Positions 1-12,836 are shown, numbered from the whole stretch's first letter. The stretch: 56,176 bases of DNA, filler included, from Sphacelaria rigidula (GCA_964200075.2; 5 parts of 5 records of this genome joined end to end with filler, not necessarily neighbours in it), one strand, 5' to 3'. Numbers and translations are program-made. Notes: generated by a model from the letters alone, not told the origin.

Positions 1-43
1 ATCAGAAGGTTACGAGGTTACCAACTGAGCCACCGGGGCGACC
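1..43 (-). mobile_element. tRNA-derived SINE family 1, 5' head fragment truncated by contig start
   Basis: Reverse complement reads GGTCGCCCCGGTGGCTCAGTTGGTAACCTCG, containing a Pol III A-box. Near-identical to the heads of the copies ending at ~14626 and ~46882. Confidence 0.75.
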
Positions 44-1900
44 ACTCTACGGGTCAAATTGACGTGACCTCACGTGCCTACTTGCATGAACGCAGCAATA
101 CGTAGGCACCGGTATAGGAGTTGATGTACGGAATGCCCCTCTGTTCCTGATCCCTTTTCAAACCCTGGTGCGTTCGAGGTATTAGAATGTCGCCAAACCC
201 AAAGCGTCATTTGGTGGTACGCTGCACGTCACGTTCCGCAACTATTACACATGTGAGAACGTACTAGAGTGTATCAGAAAGAGTTGGCCTCTAGGGCGCC
301 GACATTGTAGACCGGAACATTTTACCATCTATAATACTCATTTCTCCGTTCCAGCTGAGGGACAACACGGGCGTCTTGGGGGTTGACGCATGAAAAGCTG
401 TGCTACCGACTGTACCGTGTTGTTGAATATTGTGTGTGTTGATTGTGTTGTGCAAACAGGGTCAACTTGCCAAGGTATCATTTACGAATACAGTACATAC
501 GATACAGCGCGAACTCCGTGCTGTCGTTCTTCACTACAGTAGTACATACAGTCTGCGCTGCTCCTGTGCTCGCTTCTGGCTGCAGTCACTGCTTTAGTTC
601 GCGCAATTTACTCAGCGAGTAAGAAGATAACGCAACGGAGACTGCGCAAGCAGCAGCAGCAACTCTCTTTCATGTGATTCAACAATCGGCGGTCACAAGC
701 AAACCGCAAAACGGGGTCTCGCTGCGGGTTTAGCAATGAGTGATTGACAGTGGAACATGGCAAGTCTAGTTTTGAATGTTTTCACATCCGCCCCGCTCGT
801 TCTGTAGACAGTTCTAGGGTTCTCGGGTGTGTCCCAACACCCGCGGAAAGACGCACACAGATCCCGCCGTGACGCACGGGACTGTCATCGAAACAGTTGT
901 TCCGAGAGGAGGCTCGCAGCCCTGTTCTCTGAGCTTTTAAGCTCACCCCAACCCGTCGCAAATGGTCATCGATTCATTTGTACTGCGTGGGTTACACCAG
1001 ACATTCGATTTTCTGGTCTAGAAGGGATTGATAGTCCCGCGGGCTCGCTAGCGTACGCTGCACACGTTTCCGTGTGAGTCGGCAACACACGCCACCCATT
1101 TGAGAAATGCCAACTCACGATTCGCCTACTTTTATGACGCAGTTTGTAGTTGAGATTTGGGGTCACGTTGAGGTTGAGGTAGTGGTGGCGGTTGCGGTTG
1201 CGGTAAAACAAACGCTAATATGACTGCGTCAGCCATGGATTTCTGGTGGCATTGTACCCGTCACCCATGCAGCCCTCAAGGTTCGAGTGATGACGCTGTG
1301 TAGCCGCCGCTGTCCTCGTTCTTCCCCGACCCGAAGCACATGCCACACAGCTTTCGAGGCCAACGCACTGAATCACCTAGTGCAGAGAACAGCTATAATA
1401 AGACGCTTTGTTCCGCGTTGACTGATTTCGTGATCCCGCACTTGAGGCCGCATTGGTCATCGCATAGCAATGCAGCTCCAGTGCTGTCTGTATGTCGTCT
1501 ATCTACTATAGTAAACGGTTTGCGTGGATTTCGCGGGCGGGCTGTTCTTTGATGTGTCTTGATATCTCTGGACACAGGGGCTACTTTGACTTCAGGCAGA
1601 CGGCAAACTCCTCCGAATCAAAACTGGACAAGGGAGCCGTGCGAAGGGGGACATATTTGTATTCATCACAGTAGTAAATTGCACAGTACTGCAGCGTGAA
1701 TCTGTGCCATTGAACCCAACACCGGAGGACCTCAACGATGAACGTGGCAGTAATATATCTTGGCCCACGACACCCACCAGCGTCATTATGCTGCAGCATT
1801 CGGAACTACCGCCACCTACGGTTTTTTGGTTCGCTGGTTGTGCGCAGGTGTGCACGAAGTTGCCGTGCGTAAAAATCATCCCTGCGATGAAGTATCTCGT

Positions 1901-2044
1901 AGGCAGAGGGGGCGTTGCCAGAGCTCAAATCGACGCCTTTTAGCCGATTTTGGGCCAAAACACATTCTGGACGAGCTGGGTCTACTGCTCACCACTGCTC
2001 CCCTGCCCGAAGTCATGAATTTTCTCAGAACTTCCTTCAGTCTG
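1901..2044. repeat. ~145-bp dispersed repeat, inverted copy of 5155-5299
   Basis: CAGAGCTCAAATCGACGCC...CTGCCCGAAGTCATGAATTTTCTCAGAACTT is the reverse complement of 5155-5299 with scattered mismatches. Confidence 0.85.
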
Positions 2045-3364
2045 ACATGAAGTAAAATCGAGTACCAACCATTGTTTACGTACATTTCGTCAGATCTACT
2101 GGCCGTGACCGCAACGCCTCCGTGGTGGCGCTTGCGGCAAGACGATGTGAGGCGTTATGTATATTCAATGGCCCTTTTGGCGCGCCCTTTGTTGTCGTAA
2201 TTGCTCGAAGCCGTCGTTTTGACGATAGGCCTGCAGGACGATGGTGGCGGTTGTGTTCCATGCCCGAGCATGTTCCCTCGCTTGGTCCTTGCTTGACACA
2301 CCATCTTCCCCCTACACGGGCGTTTTATATTAGTCTCATACAGCATCACTTTTCACACGTTTTGTTCACGAGTGGTATGTTTGGGCCGTGGTCCATTTCG
2401 GTACTACTGTGTACCAGAAGCAAAGAAGGCACTACGGTGGCTCGAAACGTTTCATGGTCTTGATTTACCAGCAATTCGTCCGGATATGCCTCTTATCCCT
2501 CTCGACCCCCAAAAGCAGGTAAACGACGCCAACCCAGAGCGCTTTTATTGCACAAGCCGAAAGCCCTTCACGAGGAGGCAAAACCGACTGAGTACTACCT
2601 GAACCTGTTCACTACCCAATTCCGACGAGTGTGGGCAAGAAAACAGGGAGCATCGTTGGCAACCGCGACTCGACGGCAGCGAAGGTACGTGTACTAACTG
2701 TACTAGTATAACTGTATTAACGAGTATTGTTGCAGTACTGCCGCCGCGGGACGGTAAAAGGTAACGCCAACTCGGCGACAAACATCGATTCTTATGAACA
2801 GTTGGTTGCTGGTGTGGACAACCATATCCGGATTTCCAGAGGACTCGTAGCTCCGATATCTCACCCAGCGTGCACAGCACACATGTGGACCCGCGGCATC
2901 GATTTGAATTACTGCTAACCCACACACTTCACGTTGAACAATGGATGTCTCCCGCCAGCCCGAGGGTTCTCGGTCCCCCTCGGGGTAGAGTTGGGGTTAG
3001 GGTTCGCGATGTGGTTGGACAAGAACAAGACGTGTTCAACTATGAGTTTGTCTCGCCGGGTTCGCGTAAATCCGCCTCCCGCGGGATCCTTTCGTTGATA
3101 ATGATGAGAGACGCTTGTTGTTCGAGGTCAGTTGACCACTTGGCTGGACAAGGAATTCCTCGGAAATATACGTGCTGCAGACCGTGTCGTGAAACATCCT
3201 GCCCATTACGAGTACGCACCAAAGATTGCGGCGTGGCGCTTTTTGTTTGAGATTCACCTCACTGAATTCCGTGCACGTTGAAATCCCCTGTTCAGCGTGC
3301 CGCTATTACAGCGGCCAACTAATGAATGACGAGGAGGGACGGTCTTACATGATCGTGCGAACTC

Positions 3365-5450
3365 AGTCTGGGATGTGGATGCCCATTTGGTACACCCATT
3401 TGACCTGTTATATCCATCTGAGATGCCATGTCTATCTGAGATATCCATCTGGGATCTTACCATAACGATCTGGGACATCGTTTCTATGTGGGATACTCAT
3501 CTGAGATGCTATTAAAAGCATCTAGTATTTCATACCCATCTGAGATATCCATGTAAACTATTATTTTGATCTGTCGATCTGAGTTGTCCATCGAGATCGT
3601 TGATATCCATGCAGGATGTCTGCACCACCTGCGATGTCAGATCCACCTGAAAATATATCCATCTGACGTATACACCTTCTATTAAGCTGGTCGATAGATC
3701 GTCGCACATTCACTGGTACCCGAAGAACCCAGTATTGGTGACGAGAAAGACCTGCTCAAGATACAGACGAAACGGAATTAATATTATACTGGATCTGACA
3801 CAAAAAAGATGGGAGGCATGGTAAAAAAAAAAAAAAATGGAGACGAGAGTGGGGAAAAAGAGTAAAAAAGGGAGGACAAAAGTGAGAAGAAAAAACCGGT
3901 CCCGATGAACATCATCATGATCTAACAATATTGAACAAAAATGGCCGGCACGTGACGTGCGGCCTTTTTTTCAAGTGAAGGGGTCGTGTTGAAATCACGT
4001 GGGATATGGGTTTTGTTTGTCACACCTTGAACTCCTCCTTTTCCTTGGGACGAATCCATAGTCTCAAGAGATCGACCCATATTTCCCCCAGTGCACACCT
4101 TACATTTTGGTATGGCGGGTTGGACCATGACCGGCACTATCGCACCGCATCGAGTCTGGTCGAACAAAGTATCGGAGGAAAAGAAAGCTTCCTGCTCACG
4201 TCTTTATGCTTCCAATGACGTAGTCATAACGCAGACAAGGTCTAAACCTGACGCATCTGACGGAAATCAGACCCACACTCTTCAAGACCGAATGGTGTCG
4301 GTGGAACCTTCGGGGTGCGGCGGCTACAAGGATATACATGTGGAGTACGACTATACATACGGGATGTTCATTCAGGATGTCTACGTATAAATGGGATATC
4401 TATCTGGGATATCCAGGGATGCCCCACGTAAGAGATCCCAGATCGGAATGGACGTCTATCCGAATCCTAGAATATCCATCCGAGACGTATCAGATTGGGA
4501 TGAACGTACAGATCGATCTGGGATAGCAGTGTTGGATACTGCCGTCCATTCGAGATATTCGTCTGTGATGTAGGCGCCATTCAGGGATGTCCATGATGAG
4601 AAGTCGACATCGATCCCGGAATTATCCGCGAGGTCCACGCGTAAGTAGTTCTTCTGCATTTTATACACGTACTCATTGCGTATTCGGCGTGAAATGTTCG
4701 ACTGGAGGGGAAAGAGCCGAATCAGGGCCCTGGTTTCAAGCCTGATACAGAGATGGAACCTCATCCCGCATGGACTTTCACAACACACGTGGAGATCCGA
4801 GGAATGTGTGCCAGGAGGATGTTCAAGATGGTTGCTCACATCCTACTATGGATGGACGTCCATTGGAATATCTCAGGTTCAGCTGGACGGTTCGGATGGA
4901 TCTGATCACCCAGTTGGGCGTCTCAGAAGCATGTCCCAAATTGATGTCTGGGGTCTCCCAGGTGGATATCCCAGATAGATACAGTATCGCAGATGGATCT
5001 GACATCCCAGATGGAAGTACCAGATTGAAGTCCCAGATTGAAATAGATACCCCGGATGGGTGTAGGTATCCCAGCAGGATAGGCCAGATGGTTATAGATA
5101 TCAGTAGACCTAAGGAAATGTAAAACAATAGTTGGTACTCTGTTTCACTCAATTTCAGGATGAAGAAAGTTCTGAGAAAATTCATGACTTCGGGCAGGTG
5201 AGCAGTGGTGAGCAGTAGGCCCAGCTCGTCCAGGACGTGTTTTGGTCCAGAATCGGCTCAGAGGCGTCGATTTGAGCTCTGGTAACGCACACTTTGCCTG
5301 AGAAACGCGCTGCACCCCCCTTGCCCGAGGGTTCTCGGTATGCCTTGGTCGGGGTTAGGGGTAGGGTTAGCGTTAGGGTTATCCCGAACCGGGGGGTCGA
5401 TATCCCAGTAGGATATCTCAGATGAACAGCAAGGATGGATGTGATATCCC
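3365..5450. repeat. Degenerate GGATAT/ATATCC/CAGAT-rich arrays (3365-3670, 4330-5110, 5398-5450), probably transposon-derived
   Basis: Dense recurrence of GATATCC, GGATAT, CCCAGAT and ATCTGAGAT. The same motif class recurs at 41950-42310 on another contig. Confidence 0.7.
5155..5390. repeat. Dispersed repeat: inverted partner of 1901-2044, followed by CCCGAGGGTTCTCGGT and a TTAGGG-like tract also seen at ~2960-3005
   Basis: Direct sequence comparison within the window. Confidence 0.75.
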
Positions 5451-5689
5451 ACATGTAGGTTGCACGCCAATACCGAACTACCCAAGACAGTCACTCGACA
5501 GGATTCTATACGCTGTAAACAGTTTTCAGATACTGCGTTGGTTTCTTGATATGCTCTTGGGTGCGAAGAAACCGTTTGCCGAGAAGGCTTGGGCTTTTCC
5601 TCTTGGGCACCAGCGCGTAGCGTAAGTACAACAGTAATAGTATTCGCATTTTTTGTCCGTCGCTCGTGTTCTCTCATGAATGCAAGGTG

Positions 5690-8600
5690 ATGATGGGCGG
5701 CCGAGCCAAACGATCGCAACGGGCTACCCTAGCATCCCTCCGCCAGGACTCCTCGCGGCGCCCGCACGGCAACGACAGGCACCACCAACAGGAACCACAA
5801 CATCAGCAGCAACAGCGTGGGCAAGATGTCGGAGATCATACCATGGCCATGATGATGGAGATGGAAAGGCAGATGCACCACATCCCCCAGCACCATGTCC
5901 ATCACAACAACCATATGCTGCCCGCCCCCCCACCCCCTCTACACATAGCCCCGGTATCAAACGAGGAGCAGGAACTGCGTATCGGCATCGAGGTCGCCAA
6001 GCAGGAACCCCGCCAGCTCGACCTTACTCAGGCCATTGCCACTGAGGCCGCCGGAGCCGACGCAATCGACCCCTGGCACACGAGGGAGACATGGGAAGAG
6101 GGACAGAGCGCTGGTACTGGTGAAGGGGGTGATGATGAGAGTGATGAAGGCGATGGTGTTCCGGGATCGATGCGGCCAGCGCCGCCTGGGCTCGGCGCTG
6201 CGACTCTGTGGGCGCGAGAGGCCACCTCCATGAAGCGGTGCAGAGGTATGAGTGATGTGCAGTCTGAAGTCTCCGCGTTATAGGGCTCGCCAGAAGTTGC
6301 GGCCTTTGCTCACAATCCTCGAAGCGGGTCGGTCGGGTTCGGCACATTGAATAACTTGTACAAGTGAAGGTTGAGTGCCGCTTCAAGGCCGGCGCAAAAA
6401 TGAGCTGTTGCTTTCAACAAAGTGGACATGTCTCACGCCATGACCGCATTCACCCGGCGTTTCCTGGGAGGTCTGGATTCCGTCGGGGGAAGTACCACGT
6501 AAGCTTGGCCATGTGTACTCTAAGTGACACGAGAGTGCTACCGTTGTTGCCTCCCTTGGTCGGTTATTTTACGGCAAAGTTCGCACTAGTCCCGCCAATT
6601 TATCCCCCTCCCCCCACCCCCCACCTCCGTTCTCCCTTCCACTGCACCTTCCTCGCTCCCATCCCTCGCGTACCGCCGCCGACGTTGGATGGCATGCGCT
6701 TCCCCTCTTTTCCAAACCTTTTCGATAAACCAAGAACAAGCGTCGGAAGCTGGTGCTAGCGATGAAGGCATGTCCTCGTCGTTCACGTCAATCACAAGAA
6801 TGACACCGACCACCGTGCCGATGCCGTCCACCAACAAGGAGCTGGCCGTGCTCATCCGTGATGTGGTTGGCGCCAGACCGAAGTACGGGGATGAATCGGC
6901 CCGTCCCGCCTATTGGCCAGACGACGTCCCTTGGAAGAAGGGCAAGAGTATCAGCCAGGTAGTTGCGGGCTCTGCCAAACCTTCACCCCCAACTGCAACT
7001 CCAAGCCTAATCCTTTCTCTAATCCTGGCCCTACTCCGCTAATCCTAGCGCTACTCCGCTAACCCTAGCCCTACTCCACTATACTAGCGCTAATCTGCTA
7101 TCCCAACCCCTTCTCCGCTAACTCATACTCCAACCCGACCGCTTAGCGCGAGCACTAGCTGGACAAGAAGTAGGCCGAATCCGTAATCCGTAGCTTGAGC
7201 TCTAAATCCGCCGCTCAAATCTCGGCCTCGCTCGTGTCTAGCCGTCTCTGATGTTTTCTATTGTGCCTGATGCGTTCTGCAATCTTTTTTCTGTTGGAAA
7301 AACAAAACACACGGAAACATGAACATGCGCGACAAAACTAAAACAAATGCGCAGATGAACAACCTGACCCTGCGGCGACTTGCTAAAGCTGTGGTTCAGC
7401 ACCAAGCCCGAGCTCGCGAACGGTCTCGGCTGATGGGAGGGAACGTCGTTCCCATTGGAGGCGTCGGCTGCGGCCGCCGCACGAAGAAGGAGCTGTCGGC
7501 GCTCATCCGCTCCAAACTAGGCGAGATTCCGTACAGCTAGCAACGCAGATTGTATTGTTCCCCTCTTACTATGCCTCAACCTCCACCCCTCTTGCTTGCG
7601 ACGAGTCCGCAGTCTCAGGTAATCAGCGCATCTGCCCTCCGGTTTACTACCTGCCTTGCACTTCGTCGAGTGTTGGGTATCATCAATCCCGTAAGCCTGT
7701 TGACTTTCACGTCGAAAACAAGCGGGGTACAGCGATGCTTTGGAGAAGTTGCTCGCTCATGTCTTGCTTCTACTTTGACATTCCAACATTGCCCTCCATA
7801 TTCCCTCGTCGCCCCCGCCCCCGCCCCCGCTCCCGTCCTCGGATTTGCACAGGACTTCGTCTGCAGTACGGAGAGAAGGGCCGGCGTCCGGCATTCTGGC
7901 CGGCGGACGTTCCGTGGAAGAAGGGTAAACCCCTATCTATGATGAACCACGGAGAGCTATCCAGCGTCTTTTCCGCCATGTGAGAGCCCGAGCCCCTATT
8001 TTATCCAAAACAGTTTGCTGTAGTTCGCATATCAGGATCTCCCCGACGCTTTTTGCTCCATAGTCTGACAAGACATACACACGCGCGCGCCTGCCTGAAC
8101 TGTGTATCATGCGTGTGCATTACGCATGGCATTATCAACAGGGTTGGCGCCGGCTTGTGCCCCGCGGGAGCGTGCATCGACCCGCCGCACATCTATCAGA
8201 TCTCAGAAGGGTCGGACAGTAGCGGCTCGGTATCCATAGACGAGTGGACCACGGACAACAATCAGCAGTCACAGCCAGCGTCTTCATCAGCAACATCGTC
8301 GTCAGCAACGGCACTTCCCTCATCTTCCTACTTTTCATCGTCGTCGTCGTCATCATCATCATGTACTGAGGCTGGCGGCGGCGGCGGCGGCGGCGGCGAC
8401 GGCGGCGGCAGCGGCGGCGGGAGCGCATCATGGGGTGACGACTCCTATAGCATCGCCATGAAGCAACAGACCATGAATCATGAAGATACCATCGCCGACG
8501 AAATGTATTTGGGCGACGACGGAAACCCCTCGACCTTCACCGGATATCAGGGCGAACAGAGCGGAGATGGTGTAGGAATGACGGCGGGCGGCGAAGACTA

Positions 8601-9951
8601 CGACGGAGACAGCGATTGGCAGGTCAGCTTGGAGGCGGCCTTGAGTCGCGACAACGCAGCAGCCGGTGGCGGCCCGGGCGAACTTATCGATGAGTCGGTC
8701 TCTGCGGTGGTGGAACCCAGCGAAATGTTTCTCGAAAAGGTTCGCTTCGGGTTTTAATGCTCCCCGTTTGAGTGTTGGCCCTGTCTTTCATTGGATAGTC
8801 ATATTTTTGTTGTTGCACTCTTCATACGAACTATGTATCAAAGTGTCCGTAAATCTTCAGTATACACACTGCTCTCCGTTGTTTTCCTCTACAGGATATG
8901 GGTCGAGTGCAGGAGTAGTGAAACGAACCAGTCTGTTATTTCCCTTCTCGTACCATAGCCCTTTTAATAGTATATAGTTCTCTTTTGCGTTGGAGGCGCT
9001 CATGGTGTACGTGCTGGTGATGACGGCGGTGGGAGAGGGTAAGGTCTGTCACATCTGTCACATATCTATCCCGCCGTACCACGGTGGTCACACTGCTGCC
9101 TCATCGCCCAGCTTGGGCGGAGTGAACATAGTGGGTTCGAGTTCTTCAAGAAATGTTGTATTTCGCTGGTCTTCGAATGCCCGAGGACGTGAGTTGGCAA
9201 CAAATATATTCGGTCAAGGTCGAGGGCGGGCTGCGGGCGTGTTGATTCAGTGCTCGACTATAGGTCGCATGGCCGGGACACATACCAGGGAAGAGTGGGT
9301 TGATGTTTGGAGGTAACGGGCTCGTCCCCAGGAAGGTGGGGTTGGAAGTATGAAGACTTTTGCATGAATGTGTGTGCATGGATGCCAAAAGTTGTGTACG
9401 TATCGTTCAAATGGCACGCTTCTCATTGGGCGAGACGTCCAACTCGCTCTGATACACACCTTACTCACTCCCGTAGAACCGCTGTCTTTGTATTCGTGTT
9501 TGTTGTGTGCTTCAACACATACCAGGCAGAAACCCCAACATTGAGCGACTACGACCTCACGTTTCCATCATCCGCAGCCGCCGGTGGCGCCATCTCGGGC
9601 TACGGCACTACTAACGGCACTGCCGGTGGGAATTTGCCGACCTTCCCAGGCTCGAGAGGTGGCTGCACGATGCTTGGGGCGGGAAGCATGCCCAGCTTCC
9701 CATCCCTCGATAGCCTGACCAACGTCAACATGGCTGGCTCCGCGGCGTCCACCAGCAACATGGGTTACTTCGGCGCGTTTGGGAGCGCGCCTGCTGCCAC
9801 CGCTGCTATTGCACAGGGAGGAGGGGTGGTCCATCCTGGGTCTTTTGCCAACGCCGCCGCCGCGTCGTCTTCGGCGATGTTGCCACCATCATTCTCCAAG
9901 GAATTTTATCAGCACGCCAAGCACGGTGAGAAAATCCAGAGGAACAGCTGA
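5690..9951 (+). CDS. Putative transcription factor (~698 aa) with two tandem NRF1/EWG-like modules and Q/H-, S/G- and A-rich low-complexity regions
   Basis: Phase-consistent exons 5690-6245, 6735-6958, 7355-7520 (GC donor), 7853-7979, 8142-8739, 9526-9951 total 2097 nt with no internal stop. Repeat 1 is KELAVLIRDVVGARPKYGDESARPAYWPDDVPWKKGKSISQM; repeat 2 is KELSALIRSKLGLRLQYGEKGRRPAFWPADVPWKKGKPLSMM. The 5' end is uncertain (possible acceptor at 5686). Confidence 0.8.
6975..7140 (+). repeat. Degenerate CCCTAA-like hexamer tract in intron 2 of the NRF1-like gene
   Basis: 6-bp periodicity with CCCTAA variants (CCTAAT, CTAACCCTAGCCCTA, CTACTC). Confidence 0.6.
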
Positions 9952-11156
9952 GGGGGAGGGCCGGGAGAAGGCTGTGCTCAGGTTACGTGATCCATGGATT
10001 TTGTTTTTGACACCTTGACCTTCAGGTTAAGTCACCCCTCGATCGTTTTTCTGTGGGCGTTGGTGTATTTCACCCTCCCTGCTGCTTTTTGTCAGGATCC
10101 GCACAAGATTTCGTTGTGCAAAGCTCGCTCCTTGGTGCTCTGGATGTTTTGTACACTCCTTGATTGTATTCTGACTGTCATGTACAGGAATCTCGCACGA
10201 TTTTGTCGCCAAAACCGACCCCAGATCATCAATTCCGTTGCATGTGTTCCGTCTGCTGTCTCCGTCTGCTTTTCCCGTCTTCTGTTTCCGTCATATTCCA
10301 CAGAAATGTCAGGGCCTCTCGCGCAGCCGATGAACTTGGGAGAAATCCGCCCTCACCCGCATGACGTTTTCCATGACGCGTGGACCGTGGGAGAAGAGTT
10401 CTGATCGCATGCGTCCCGTTGGTTTTCCAGTGTTTTGGCTCGGGGCGTACATCTGTAAATACACAACTGCGTACGTCACCGTAGCAGCGTCGAAATGACC
10501 TTTTTTCGTTTCACACATGGAACTACACGACACACACACGGCTCCCCACGAATGGCAACAAGAAAAAACATGCACGCATGCGTGGTACGTATATCGCGTG
10601 TTGCCAAGACTTCTCGCGCATCATGTGAACTTCGCCGGCGATTTTTCGTGCGTGCGGGTTTATTATGAACGGAATGGGCGATCTGTCAGGGGCAGAAAAG
10701 AGAGTATACATGCGCCGTATGCTTGTCTTGTGTGTCATGTCTGGGCTGGGTTTTGACTGTTTCCCGTCACTGTATGGAGGCGAAAAATAGAGCATTCGCT
10801 GCTATCGGGAGTCAACAGGCAGCGATCGCTTCTGTTTGGTGTAAAAAAAGAGTCCAAAGTTGGTGGGTGTATGGTGCGGTACGGTATGGTAGGGTAGGGA
10901 ATGGTATGTACGGTACATACGTGTTTCGGAAACACTCTCGGAAATTTATTTAGAGATACCAGACGGCCTCCAGCTTTTTTCGAACGGATGAGGGGTGGGT
11001 TGGCGATACAGTACGTGCTTGGAGGTGAGGTGAACGGTCTCTGTGGGTGTTTGTACATGGCACGACGGGGGTGTGACGGAGGGAGGGGGAGGGGGGGGGG
11101 GGGGGAGCGGGGAGAATTGGGGGGGAGGGGAGGGGCAAGCGGCAAACAGGAAGCAC

Positions 11157-11256
11157 NNNNNNNNNNNNNNNNNNNNNNNNNNNNNNNNNNNNNNNNNNNN
11201 TTAATTAATTAANNNNNNNNNNNNNNNNNNNNNNNNNNNNNNNNNNNNNNNNNNNN
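11157..11256. other. Artificial contig spacer N44-TTAATTAATTAA-N44
   Basis: Identical 100-nt spacer, with stop codons in all frames, occurs four times at ~11255-bp spacing. Confidence 0.98.
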
Positions 11257-11904
11257 ATTACTCTCGTGGCTTTCAGGCCGGTTTTGGCCCCAAAAGTGCA
11301 GACCCTATCGAAGCATCACTCTCCGTTATTTTGCTACCATATCAAGTTTGCTGAATGTACTTCGAATTTTCGACGGGGTACAACCTGCCTTTGTTCCTAC
11401 GAAGGCCACAAGTAATGATTCCATTGTTCACCATGTCGTCATTTGGGGCAGGCTACAGTTTCAGGTATACACGGATCTTTTCCCGCCAAATATACACGCT
11501 GTACCACGATATACACGGTCGAGATTTCCCGTCAAGCGATTGCTCGAAACAGCCGCGAAACTATTCTTAGCGCTAAACGCAACAGATCTACTGTACCTGC
11601 CGAGTCCCCCGTTTTCCAATCCCGTAGCTGAACCTCGCCCAGTGCCTGAACCTGACGGAAATTGTACTTGTTTGCCATATTTCGAACCTTCCAACAGAGG
11701 CAAAATAGCGATGATTATGTAATGTCGAGCTCATCCCACAAGACACACTCGTCCAAAATTGACCCTCAAACAGATGTGTTCCTATCTCCGAACAGCGTCC
11801 GACTTTATGATGACTTTCTGTGGAGATATTTTCCAGCTATTCTCCGGATACCAAGTTTGTCCGGGATAGACAACACGCGCACGGACAAATGGAACCGGAG
11901 ACAT

Positions 11905-12200
11905 GAACAGAATCCAACCGTGGGGATTGATTCTCCCCATGATCCTCTCTTGACCAGTCCTTCTTCAGCAAGCATCGTACAGAGGAACTCGACCACAGCG
12001 ACATTAACGGAACCCAATTGCGGAGTTCGATCCTCCCCATGATCCCTTCTTGACCAGTCCTTTTTCAGTGAAGAGAACACAGAGGTACTCGACCAAACCG
12101 ACACAAACAAAACCCGATCCTGGGGTTCAACCTCCATGATTCCTTCTCGACCAGTCCTTTTTCAGCAAGCAGGGTAGAGAGGTACTCGACCAAAGCGACG
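11905..12200 (+). repeat. Tandem repeat, three units of ~100 bp
   Basis: CCATGATyCyTyyTyGACCAGTCCTTyTTCAG...AGAGGwACTCGACCA recurs at ~11933, ~12033 and ~12131. Confidence 0.85.
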
Positions 12201-12836
12201 ATAAGTACCTATACCTCTCGGTAAGAAGAAGCTCAGATATCCTGCTCGTACCGTAGGAAAAATGGGCGAGAGCGGCGCTGATTACACGGACAGGAACCCC
12301 GGGTAAACACCCGGGTCTGATGGCTCAACAGCCTGAAGGGCCCCGAGATTTGCTCTTGTTAACCCCTCGGCCGCGAGGGTCATCCATCTGCATCATGCAT
12401 CATGCATACTTTCTTTCAAGTGCAATTGAAGCCGATTCAACAAAAGACCTATGCTCGTCGTCAAAGGGTCAAAAAGCCACAGATATGACTGAGCTGAACA
12501 CAAGCAAAAAGTGCCAACAAGGATCATTCACGCACTCCGAAGTCCTGAAAGAGTCATGTCGAAACCCTCACGTGTACCCGTAACCCACAGAGGTGCAAGT
12601 ATCAAGTATCACTGGTGTCACTATTTATAAACGGTGTCACTACTAGTGTCGCAGATGACAAGCTCCCGCACCATGTACTGAACATTGTATGTGCGTGCGA
12701 GCGTACGCACAGACGAAAAGGCAGGGGTACATTGCCATGCACACAGCAGTCGCGCACGCGCAAAATTAAATTTGCACCAGACCGTACCGTCTACACTGTC
12801 AGTAATGCCGCTTATTGTCAGGACATGCAAACACCC

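Noticed and set aside
11201-11212. TTAATTAATTAA recurring every ~11.25 kb as a periodic biological signal
   Set aside because: It is always centred in N-runs, so it is an assembly linker.
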